Under the pieces are notes generated by a model. That model ran no database searches. It had not been told where the DNA came from and saw only the letters and a program-made list of their open reading frames with translations. Of a DNA stretch of 64,000 nt, positions 25,362 through 32,670 are shown in pieces. The stretch lies in IMG/VR virus record IMGVR_UViG_3300042924_005659; one strand, given 5' to 3'. Positions within the stretch are counted from its first letter, which is position 1. Each line of letters opens with the position of its first letter. Origin of the DNA: a virus. The translations under genes and the position numbers were made by a program.

Positions 25362-25556
25362 CTAGTCATCGTCAGATTCGTCAAACTCGTCCAGGTCAAG
25401 TTCTACAAATTGCTTAAAGCCGGGCTCTAATGTGCCGTTGGCCTTCAAGTTATTCGAGTATGCGAGTTGGGCTTTGACGTAGTCGTTGTTTTTAACGTAG
25501 GTAGATATGACAATATCTACATACGAAAAGCCAGTTTCTTTTTTTCGACGTCCCAT
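25362..25556 (-). CDS. Small hypothetical protein
   Basis: 64 aa with a basic N-terminus and acidic C-terminus. Confidence 0.5.
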   Translation of the reverse strand: MGRRKKETGFSYVDIVISTYVKNNDYVKAQLAYSNNLKANGTLEPGFKQFVELDLDEFDESDDD

Positions 25557-25622
25557 TAGGCAATACCTAACTTGAAAGCTCTGATGAACTCTTTATAAAT
25601 CATGTTAACCTGCTTTATTTGT

Positions 25623-26303
25623 TTATTTAGCGCGAGTATTTCCGCCTAAATCCATGGTCTCTATGAACGGATCTCCATCGATGACCACTCCGCAGCTCAC
25701 AATTGGCTTCTTAAGGAACGCCGCACCGTACTGCATGCTCCAGTGGTTGCGATCCACGCCGCATCCAACGTTCATTCCCCATACCTTTGCCGTAGGTCCG
25801 GCCTGGTACCATATGCCGCAGGCGCTATGGTAGTGTCCGATGACCGTATTTTGCATGCGCATCTTGGCTGCATTGAATGCAGGATGCTGACCTCCGCATC
25901 CTTCTCCGTGGTAATAGTACACTCCATCCAACTCTACGTGCTCAACCCACTTCCAGTTGTCGGTGGCGTATAGTTCATTAAATCCCTTCAGATACATCTT
26001 GGGAATACCCATTTTGGCATTTAATCTCAAGACTCGCATGTCGTGATTTCCAACCGTAACCACGGCATCAGGGAATTCTTTGTACAACTTTTGAATCTGA
26101 TTGTATGCCTGAGTGTATTCGTCTCTTGCTCCCGGGCTATCCGGATGCTTGTCGTGAAAGCTGATGCAATGATGATCCACCACGTCTCCTACGTGTATGA
26201 CCTTGTCGGTCTTCCACTTCTTGGCTACGTTCTTCAGGAACTGTATGTAGCCTTTATGCATCGCCGGAGCGTGCGTATCACCGATTACCAGGACTCTGCT
26301 CAT
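25623..26303 (-). CDS. Calcineurin-like metallophosphoesterase
   Basis: GDTH, GDVVD, GNHD, YHG and GHYH motifs. Confidence 0.92.
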   Translation of the reverse strand: MSRVLVIGDTHAPAMHKGYIQFLKNVAKKWKTDKVIHVGDVVDHHCISFHDKHPDSPGARDEYTQAYNQIQKLYKEFPDAVVTVGNHDMRVLRLNAKMGIPKMYLKGFNELYATDNWKWVEHVELDGVYYYHGEGCGGQHPAFNAAKMRMQNTVIGHYHSACGIWYQAGPTAKVWGMNVGCGVDRNHWSMQYGAAFLKKPIVSCGVVIDGDPFIETMDLGGNTRAK

Positions 26304-26379
26304 ATGTTCTCCTGTGGCTGCGGAGTGCAGCGCACGGAGCATAAGCATAGACATCGAGGCTTGTCAACTGTTGATACCT

Positions 26380-26408
26380 AAAAGAAAGCCAGGGTTTTAC
26401 CCCTGACT
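26380..26408 (-). terminator. Rho-independent terminator
   Basis: AGTCAGGG-GTAAAA-CCCTGGCT-TTCTTTT. Confidence 0.7.
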
Positions 26409-26429
26409 CTCTTAGGCACCGCCAACGGG

Positions 26430-26696
26430 TCAGTAGTTCCTGTACCCGTTGCCAGAACGTGCCGCCGTCAGTGCGCTCTGTCGCCGCTCCATTTCTTGGC
26501 GCTTGCGGACGATCTCCGCAACCATAGCCTGGAGCACCGTCTCGGTCTTCTTCAGCTCAGCGATCTGGGCCGCCAAGTGAAGTTCCTCCGAGATCATCGT
26601 GTTCTGGTACTGCGTAGCACCCGTGAGGGTGGCCAAGGCACCAGCGATGACGGACGCAGCTTCCGGCTGCACGATAACGATGTTGTTGTCAGACAT
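26430..26696 (-). CDS. Small coiled-coil protein
   Basis: SD AAGGAG before ATG 26696 (MSDNN). Heptad-rich C-terminus. Confidence 0.65.
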   Translation of the reverse strand: MSDNNIVIVQPEAASVIAGALATLTGATQYQNTMISEELHLAAQIAELKKTETVLQAMVAEIVRKRQEMERRQSALTAARSGNGYRNY

Positions 26697-26793
26697 GACA
26701 ACTCCTTTCTGCCACTGAGTGGCAAAGCCAGCCAGGATGCAATTAAGCAAGCCTGGCAGCGAGATCTTTAAGTCTCAAAAGGAAAAACGTCTT

Positions 26794-26820
26794 GAGCAGT
26801 TTTAGGACCTGCTCAGGTCC
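26794..26820 (-). promoter_or_regulatory. 27-nt intergenic H-type pseudoknot element, copy 1
   Basis: GGACCTGAGCAGGTCCTAAAACTGCTC. S1 is GGACC/GGTCC; S2 is GAGCA/TGCTC. Confidence 0.65.
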
Positions 26821-26824
26821 AGGT

Positions 26825-27244
26825 TCACGGTCTTTTGCTGAGCTCCCAGTCCAGCCGTACGTCCGGCTGCATCGGCTCCCAGCGTTTCGCCATTCGCAGC
26901 ATGGCCTCGTCGGGAACGCCGTGAATGTTCCCGAAGCTGTTCTCGCATGCGAGAATAAATACGCTATAGCCGAACTCCAGGGCGAGCTCCTGGTACGGCC
27001 GGAGTTCCCAGGCCTGGGTAAATGTATTGCTCACCCCGACCTTCTCTAGGCCAAACTCCAAGTCCTTTCGGACTTGGTCGAGGCACCACGCATGTGCCTC
27101 CTTGAGCTTGGAGGGATCGAACCTATAGACCCCTCCCTCCATAAAGTATTGGTCCGCTTCATGGAAGTCATGCCCGCACAAACTGCGGGCAAGGGTGCTC
27201 TTGCCAGATCCGGGCAACCCTCGGATGATGTACAGTGTTTTCAT
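26825..27244 (-). CDS. P-loop kinase (AAA_33 / polynucleotide kinase-like)
   Basis: IIRGLPGSGKST, EADQYF, VSNTF, HGVP motifs. Confidence 0.9.
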   Translation of the reverse strand: MKTLYIIRGLPGSGKSTLARSLCGHDFHEADQYFMEGGVYRFDPSKLKEAHAWCLDQVRKDLEFGLEKVGVSNTFTQAWELRPYQELALEFGYSVFILACENSFGNIHGVPDEAMLRMAKRWEPMQPDVRLDWELSKRP

Positions 27245-27261
27245 GCGCCTCCTAAAAAAAA

Positions 27262-27288
27262 GAGCAGTTTTAGGACTTGCTCAGGTCC
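27262..27288 (-). promoter_or_regulatory. 27-nt intergenic H-type pseudoknot element, copy 2
   Basis: GGACCTGAGCAAGTCCTAAAACTGCTC (26/27 identical to copy 1), just upstream of SD AGGAGG. Confidence 0.65.
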
Positions 27289-27307
27289 CCGGGAACCCCG
27301 GCTCGTA

Positions 27308-27970
27308 TTACGACTTCCACCACCACTTGACAGTGGTCCAGAACCCTGGGTTCTCCAGGGCCTCGACCGCCTGCTCATCCTTCAGTCGTTCCTGCTGGAT
27401 GGTTTCAAGAACCACCTCGTTCCGAGGAGCCTGCTTCAGCAGCTGGCTGTACTCGGGGATGTGCAGGGCGTCCTGGTCAAGGACCTGCTTCGTGTGTGCT
27501 TCCTGGAGGCGTTCCACCACAGCCACCTTCACGGCAGCGACAGCGGGGTCTTCGGCCTCAGCCTTGGTCATGGCCTTGGCATAGGTGGCGCCGAAGCCGG
27601 AAGGACGCTCCACCTCGTTTCCGGCGTACACCGGAACGAGATCTGAGAATTCCTGTCCAGCCTTTTGGACGTAGGAGCGAGTATCGGGCTGGGCCACGAC
27701 AGCCTGAGGCTGCTGTTGAATCAGCATGGCCTTCACCTCTTCAAACTTCGAGATGAGCGTTGCGGTAGCCATCTTCTGGCTGAGGCTGTCAGCCTCAGCG
27801 AGAGTCTTCTTGGCCTCTGCGATGTCCTTGTTGAGCTTTTCGACCAGCTCAGACTGAATCTGCTGTTCGGACTTCTGCTCAACCTGAGTTGCCGAGCAAC
27901 TCTTGGTGAGGCCGAAGGTGCAGATGACAAGGGCGAGACCGACGACAACGATGTTCTTGATGTTACGCAT
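27308..27970 (-). CDS. Exported / membrane-anchored coiled-coil protein
   Basis: MRNIKNIVVVGLALVICTFG N-terminal anchor. ATG 27970 sits at the end of the repeated leader. Confidence 0.75.
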   Translation of the reverse strand: MRNIKNIVVVGLALVICTFGLTKSCSATQVEQKSEQQIQSELVEKLNKDIAEAKKTLAEADSLSQKMATATLISKFEEVKAMLIQQQPQAVVAQPDTRSYVQKAGQEFSDLVPVYAGNEVERPSGFGATYAKAMTKAEAEDPAVAAVKVAVVERLQEAHTKQVLDQDALHIPEYSQLLKQAPRNEVVLETIQQERLKDEQAVEALENPGFWTTVKWWWKS

Positions 27971-28076
27971 TTGTTTCCTCTTTCGTGGATCTATATTGTT
28001 AAGGTGGTCCAGCGACATTGCTGGAATACCTATAGATCCTCTATATATGTATACCGCAATAGAGGCCTATTTTTAG
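27968..28076 (-). promoter_or_regulatory. 109-bp promoter-hairpin-SD cassette, copy 1
   Basis: CTAAAA-N17-TATACA, hairpin TCCAGC/GCTGGA, AGAGGAAACAA-ATG. Repeated at 28666..28774. Confidence 0.8.
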
Positions 28077-28093
28077 GCATATCTTCTATAGCT

Positions 28094-28127
28094 AAAGAAA
28101 ACCCCTGCCGCCATACGACGGCAGGGG
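28094..28127 (-). terminator. Rho-independent terminator
   Basis: CCCCTGCCG/CGGCAGGGG stem followed by TTTTCTTT. Confidence 0.85.
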
Positions 28128-28176
28128 GCCCTGGCACCCGGGCAGGGGTAACGCCTACCGGGTACCCGGTGAGGAA

Positions 28177-28668
28177 TTACTTCTTGCCTGCCTTTCGAGC
28201 AGGCTCTCCGGCGAGAACAGCGTCTCGCTCGTCCGCTGTCGCAACTTCGACACTGACATTCCCCTCGGTAATAACGTAGGGCTTCTGTGCCGGATCGGGC
28301 GTACGAACGTTGTCCTCCGCCTTGGTCTTCGCCTTGGTCTCCGCCTTGGTCTCCGCCTTGGCGATGTGTCCACGCTGGACGCCAGCGATCAGGCCGATCG
28401 CCACGAGGGCGCTAACGCCTGCCCCCAGAATGAACAGCACCTGGCTGTAGCTGATGCTATTCGCCTGCGCAGCATTGGCCTGCTGCGTCGCATGCGCAGC
28501 AGACTCGTCCAGGGCCCAGGAGATCGGATTCCACCACGTTTCGCCGGTCTCCGCAATCGCAGCAACCGGGGCCGGAGTGCCGATGACGAACTGGCCGACG
28601 AGGGCCAGGCCGACGATCAGCATGAAAGGGACGACCACGTACATACCGACGTTCTTCAAAAGGTTCAT
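28177..28668 (-). CDS. Membrane protein with two TM segments and a KAET repeat
   Basis: 163 aa. 12-bp repeat (~3.5 copies) at 28319..28361. Confidence 0.75.
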   Translation of the reverse strand: MNLLKNVGMYVVVPFMLIVGLALVGQFVIGTPAPVAAIAETGETWWNPISWALDESAAHATQQANAAQANSISYSQVLFILGAGVSALVAIGLIAGVQRGHIAKAETKAETKAKTKAEDNVRTPDPAQKPYVITEGNVSVEVATADERDAVLAGEPARKAGKK

Positions 28669-28774
28669 TTGTTTCCTCTTTCAGGGGTCTATATTGTTAC
28701 GGCATTCCAACAACATAGTTGGAATACCTATAAACCCTCTATTTATATATACCCCAAAACAGGCCTACCTTTAG
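28666..28774 (-). promoter_or_regulatory. 109-bp promoter-hairpin-SD cassette, copy 2
   Basis: CTAAAG-N17-TATATA, hairpin TCCAAC/GTTGGA (compensatory change versus copy 1). Confidence 0.8.
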
Positions 28775-28804
28775 CCCTATAAGGCCAATTGCAGCCTGCA
28801 AGTA

Positions 28805-28833
28805 TATATAACGCAAAAAAGGGGTATTTTTAG
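28805..28833 (-). promoter_or_regulatory. Tandem promoter copy (CTAAAA-N17-TATATA)
   Basis: Same motif and spacer as the other copies. Confidence 0.6.
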
Positions 28834-28856
28834 GCCCTATTTAGGGGATCTTTATT

Positions 28857-28900
28857 AGCTAAAAAAAGATTGGTTGTGTATAACCAATCTTCTTTTGGCT
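28857..28900 (-). terminator. Long inverted repeat / terminator
   Basis: AAGATTGGTT-N6-AACCAATCTT followed by a U run, extendable to ~19 bp. Confidence 0.75.
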
Positions 28901-29100
28901 GTTTGCGGGTAGCCACCCTTACCCATTTCGGGATACCTGCCACGGGGTACCGTTCCCGTACCGGTGGGATTCCGGTGTTCCTTCAAAATTTTTGTCACCT
29001 ACCCCATAGGCAGATCTAGGGTAGTAGGAAAGGGCCCAACGCATCAACAGGATGCATTTACCTTTCTGGGCTTGTTGAAGACCTACAAGGCCTCTAAGTA

Positions 29101-29129
29101 TATATACCTCAAAACAGGCCTATTTTTAG
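29101..29129 (-). promoter_or_regulatory. Promoter copy (CTAAAA-N17-TATATA) facing an ORF-free stretch
   Basis: Shares GGCCT, TAGAGG and TAGGT.TTC with the cassettes. Confidence 0.65.
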
Positions 29130-29132
29130 CCC

Positions 29133-29528
29133 TTAAACCCACTCTTTTAGGTACCTATCCGCAGGCTCCTCCAATAGGACCCATCCAGTCATGGGAACCT
29201 TTATGGACATGCCTTTAGGAGTAATTAACTGGCCTCTACTTAACCTCCATCCTCCAGGAATGCATGCATTTATGGCTATTGTCGTAGTGATAGTATTCCA
29301 GCCTGCATAGTTTATACGGAACTCCTGCTCTCCGTTCGGTTTACTTATTCTTGACACTATGTGGTTATCATGCAGCATCGCAGTAATAATTGTATTTCCT
29401 GTAGTGGAGTCGGTATATACTTGTACTCCTCGATTATCTTTCTTTGAGCGATACTCGTCTCCGTTTATGAAGTGAGAACGAAGCTTTCGATTCCTGCAGT
29501 TCATGTTTATGTCCTCGTCTATTGACAA
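29133..29528 (-). CDS. Hypothetical protein
   Basis: 131 aa. LHDN.I...GWNTITT..AIN pattern recalled from phage hypotheticals. Confidence 0.55.
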   Translation of the reverse strand: MSIDEDINMNCRNRKLRSHFINGDEYRSKKDNRGVQVYTDSTTGNTIITAMLHDNHIVSRISKPNGEQEFRINYAGWNTITTTIAINACIPGGWRLSRGQLITPKGMSIKVPMTGWVLLEEPADRYLKEWV

Positions 29529-29573
29529 ACAACCCGGATTGCTCCGGGTTGAAGGTTCTTTTGATTGTATTGG

Positions 29574-31436
29574 TTATTGCGGAGGAGGCGCTGGCTGCCG
29601 CAACTGATCTTTGCCTTGGTTCTCGGCTTGCTGAGTGATCTGATCCAGCATGCTCTTGACCACGGCATGCATATTGGGATCCTGACCCTTGATCTGATCC
29701 AGGATCTGCCTGCGTTGCGGAGAACCCAAGGGGGCAGTTGCCATGATCTCATTGACTCTGGCCTGAGCATCGGCAAAGAAGCTGTCCAGATCTTTGCTTG
29801 GACCTGCTGCCATGGGGCCGGCAACTCCATTGATTGGCATTGGCGGAGCTCCGGGAGCACCTCCAAGGCTTGGACCTCCAGGTATGGCCCCTGCTCCCAT
29901 AGGAGCACCGGGACCTGCGATCATTGCACCTGGAGGAGCCGACATAATCTGCTCGTTCTCCTCCGCCTTGCGCATCTTGTCCATGTACTCCTTCTCGGAG
30001 CGCATCTTGAATTCCTGCTCGGACTGGCGCTTCTTGAAGGTATCCTTCCAGTCGAGACCAAAGAGCGTAAGTACATCCTGCTCTGCGGCCACACCCTGCA
30101 TCATCATCTGCAACATGAGCATACGGCGCTCGATGTCGTCCGCATGGGTAGGTCTGGTGAGAGCTACTTCGCACGGAATCCAGTTGAGGATAGCGCTGAT
30201 GCGATCTACCAGCCACGTAAGCGTAGTCTGTAGCCCGTGCAGGAAGTGAGTTTCTCCTGCTTCGAATAGTCTTGCAGCAAACGGAGCAGCCTGAGCACTT
30301 AGAGTCTTTCTATACAGCTCGACCGGCACTCCTAGCCCGTTGAGGAAGTCGGCCTGGGCTTGTTCCAGCAGCTCTGGAACTACAAATGCCTTGCCCTCTC
30401 CTCCCAGCAGCTGATAGTTGACCGGGAGCGGCATCCACTGCCAGCCAGTTGGATCTTTTCTGGCTCGTTCTACTGAACGCATTACCTGTTGGCCGAAGCT
30501 TCCTATGTTGACGGACTTCATGAAGTCCCCGCCAACACCTACGGAAGCAGGCGTAACCATTCTAATTGGAAGCATGTGATCCAATGCGATGCTTTCGTTG
30601 TTTCTCTTCAGGATCTGCGCAAGATAGGCATCACGGAATCCTGCGATGACAGGAGGCAGCCCCCAATTGCCCATCTTGATGTCGCTGAGATTGCCCAACG
30701 AGAAGTGGTGCACCATGTTATCGCTGAATTGAAACAACGTTCCTGAACGCACAGATTGCACTAGGCCCCAAGGTACGCTCTCCAGGTACTTCTTGTTTCC
30801 TGCCTGTATCTGCTGTACGTCTTGCGGAGGCACTTCGTAGAAATAGTCTGGCTTTCCGCCGTACTGGTGAGCTACAATGCGCATCTGCTTGATTGGCCAG
30901 CGCTTGATGTAGATCTCGTTCTCCTGTAGCGTAGGCCGATCGTCCGGATTCATGCAGCTGCTGTTCTTGCCGCAGCTTGGGCACTGGAAATTAAACCCGT
31001 GGTTGATGGTAAACTTGTAATCCAGGGTTTGAATCGGTCTGCTGGCACCGCAACTATTGCAAGTAAGGAATCTCTTGAAAGGCGCCAGGACGGATACGCA
31101 GCTGTTTCCGTAGACCTTTACGTCTCGGCCTATCATGAACAGCAACGTCTTCAAGTCCAGTTTTTCAACTAAAAACTTCTTGTACTGATTGGCCTTTTCC
31201 TCGTCATCCGAAACAATGTTTATGTCCGTGCCTGTGAAGTAGCTGACCACATACTCTACAGCTTGCGCAAAAGTACGGTTGCTGTAGTACATGGTTTCCG
31301 CAATCTCAAATGCCTCGTTTAGATTGGTAGGCAGGTGCAGAGATGCGTAGTCCAAAAACGGGCTAGGAGCATGCTCGGCATGCGCTAGCTGCCTTCTTCC
31401 AGACATTTGAACGGACGACGACGAAAAATCAGGCAT
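29574..31436 (-). CDS. Putative portal protein with a zinc-ribbon insertion and Pro/Gly-rich tail
   Basis: IGRDVKVYGNS and WGLPP...LAQILKRNNESIALD..LP.R portal-like segments. CxxC...CxxC insertion. Confidence 0.6.
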   Translation of the reverse strand: MPDFSSSSVQMSGRRQLAHAEHAPSPFLDYASLHLPTNLNEAFEIAETMYYSNRTFAQAVEYVVSYFTGTDINIVSDDEEKANQYKKFLVEKLDLKTLLFMIGRDVKVYGNSCVSVLAPFKRFLTCNSCGASRPIQTLDYKFTINHGFNFQCPSCGKNSSCMNPDDRPTLQENEIYIKRWPIKQMRIVAHQYGGKPDYFYEVPPQDVQQIQAGNKKYLESVPWGLVQSVRSGTLFQFSDNMVHHFSLGNLSDIKMGNWGLPPVIAGFRDAYLAQILKRNNESIALDHMLPIRMVTPASVGVGGDFMKSVNIGSFGQQVMRSVERARKDPTGWQWMPLPVNYQLLGGEGKAFVVPELLEQAQADFLNGLGVPVELYRKTLSAQAAPFAARLFEAGETHFLHGLQTTLTWLVDRISAILNWIPCEVALTRPTHADDIERRMLMLQMMMQGVAAEQDVLTLFGLDWKDTFKKRQSEQEFKMRSEKEYMDKMRKAEENEQIMSAPPGAMIAGPGAPMGAGAIPGGPSLGGAPGAPPMPINGVAGPMAAGPSKDLDSFFADAQARVNEIMATAPLGSPQRRQILDQIKGQDPNMHAVVKSMLDQITQQAENQGKDQLRQPAPPPQ

Positions 31437-31774
31437 TACTGTTCATCCTCTGAGTCCATGACCTTCATCAATAGACTGCGGCCGAATTCATTGCCACCCA
31501 GTACCGCCCAGTCATGGGCATTTAGCCCGTCTTCATCCTCTACGTTAGGATCTAGTTTGGGGTTGGCGATGATGAAGAAGGATACCAGGTAGTTAATGAT
31601 GCTGGGGTCGCCAAGGTACGCAGCCATCATAAGAAGAGTGCGACCCCTCTTATCCCGCAACTCAATTAGCTTTGGAAACTTATCCAACAAGGCATTGACC
31701 ATCGGTAGATCGCTGTTCATCACAGATACTACCAATACCGGAATTGCCTCTTGAATGTTATTTACTATCTTCAT
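31436..31774 (-). CDS. Short ankyrin-repeat protein
   Basis: DKRGRTLLMMAAYLG...INYLV and DEDGLNAHDWAVLGG. SD AAGGAG before ATG 31774. Confidence 0.85.
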   Translation of the reverse strand: MKIVNNIQEAIPVLVVSVMNSDLPMVNALLDKFPKLIELRDKRGRTLLMMAAYLGDPSIINYLVSFFIIANPKLDPNVEDEDGLNAHDWAVLGGNEFGRSLLMKVMDSEDEQ

Positions 31775-31928
31775 TAGCAGCTCCTTTTTGCTTTGCCTTA
31801 CAATTACAGCGACAAGTGGGAGTACATGCTCTGACTTTTTCAAAAACTTCGTCAGAGGCAGTTTTCACTGGTTGCGCTTCGGTCTCGCGCTCCACAACGC
31901 CTTTTTTGATGAATTCGGATTCTGACAT
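31758..31928 (-). CDS. 56-aa Cys-rich ORF absent from the ORF track
   Basis: Hand translation: MSESEFIKKGVVERETEAQPVKTASDEVFEKVRACTPTCRCNCKAKQKGAANEDSK. Confidence 0.55.
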   Translation of the reverse strand: MSESEFIKKGVVERETEAQPVKTASDEVFEKVRACTPTCRCNCKAKQKGAANEDSK

Positions 31929-32007
31929 AGTATTTAAAGAAAGTTATTTGAGATTTTAAACAAACGATTTAATTTATGCGGTAGATTTTTTAGCGTCTAA
32001 TGTTGTT

Positions 32008-32664
32008 TTAATTAAGCACTCTAAAGACTACCACATACTTTTTCTGAACTCTATCGTAGAGCTCTATGTTCAGGATCTGGCATAGCAGCTCTTCGCCTTC
32101 GACAATACACTTGAACTCAGGCACGGATATTCTACCATCTTGTTGTAGTTCCGCGACGGGTGGAGTCCACGGCGGTCTACTCGTTTGAGGGTCTAAAGGC
32201 ATTTCCAGCATTAGCCATTTCTGCCCGCCTCTGGCTAAATTTGCAGGTTGATAAATAACATTTAAACAGTTAAGTACCAGCTTAGCCCCATACCAATCGA
32301 GCTCGACTACTTTTACTGCAGCCGTTTGAGGGGTAAAAGAAAGGCCTTGGGGGGCAGGTTGCCCCCCAAGGTCCTTCTTAGGATGTTCCGTCTTAGCAGG
32401 CTCCTGTCGTACTGCAGGCTCAATAGACGTCTCAGGGTCTGTTTGAGCAGGCACCTTCGCTCCATTTACTAGCACTGGGCTTAAACCCAAAGGCTTTTTA
32501 AAGTCTCGACTTTCAGAGGAAGGAGGAACAGGAATGTTGGCAACTGCAGCCCAGCCATCACTATTATTAGTTACTTGGTTTGCCTGCTTAGGCGCACCTG
32601 GACCCTTAGCCACTTTTAGGCCTAGGGGTTTACTAGTATTAGGTCTGGGGGAGTTGCTGCTCAT
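32008..32664 (-). CDS. Hypothetical protein with a Pro-rich N-terminus
   Basis: 218-aa ORF. Confidence 0.7.
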   Translation of the reverse strand: MSSNSPRPNTSKPLGLKVAKGPGAPKQANQVTNNSDGWAAVANIPVPPSSESRDFKKPLGLSPVLVNGAKVPAQTDPETSIEPAVRQEPAKTEHPKKDLGGQPAPQGLSFTPQTAAVKVVELDWYGAKLVLNCLNVIYQPANLARGGQKWLMLEMPLDPQTSRPPWTPPVAELQQDGRISVPEFKCIVEGEELLCQILNIELYDRVQKKYVVVFRVLN

Positions 32665-32670
32665 TGACGG

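Noticed and set aside
26794-27288. Hammerhead ribozyme or preQ1/SAM-II riboswitch identity for the 27-nt repeat
   Set aside because: It lacks the CUGAUGA/GAAA core and the ligand-binding consensus residues.
27195-28782. + strand ORFs 27195..27584, 27665..28279 and 28366..28782
   Set aside because: Antisense to genes that have clear promoter/SD cassettes on the - strand.
31965-31993. Further copies of the CTAAAA promoter (31988-93, 17092 region, 43880 region)
   Set aside because: No -10-like hexamer at the 17-nt spacing.
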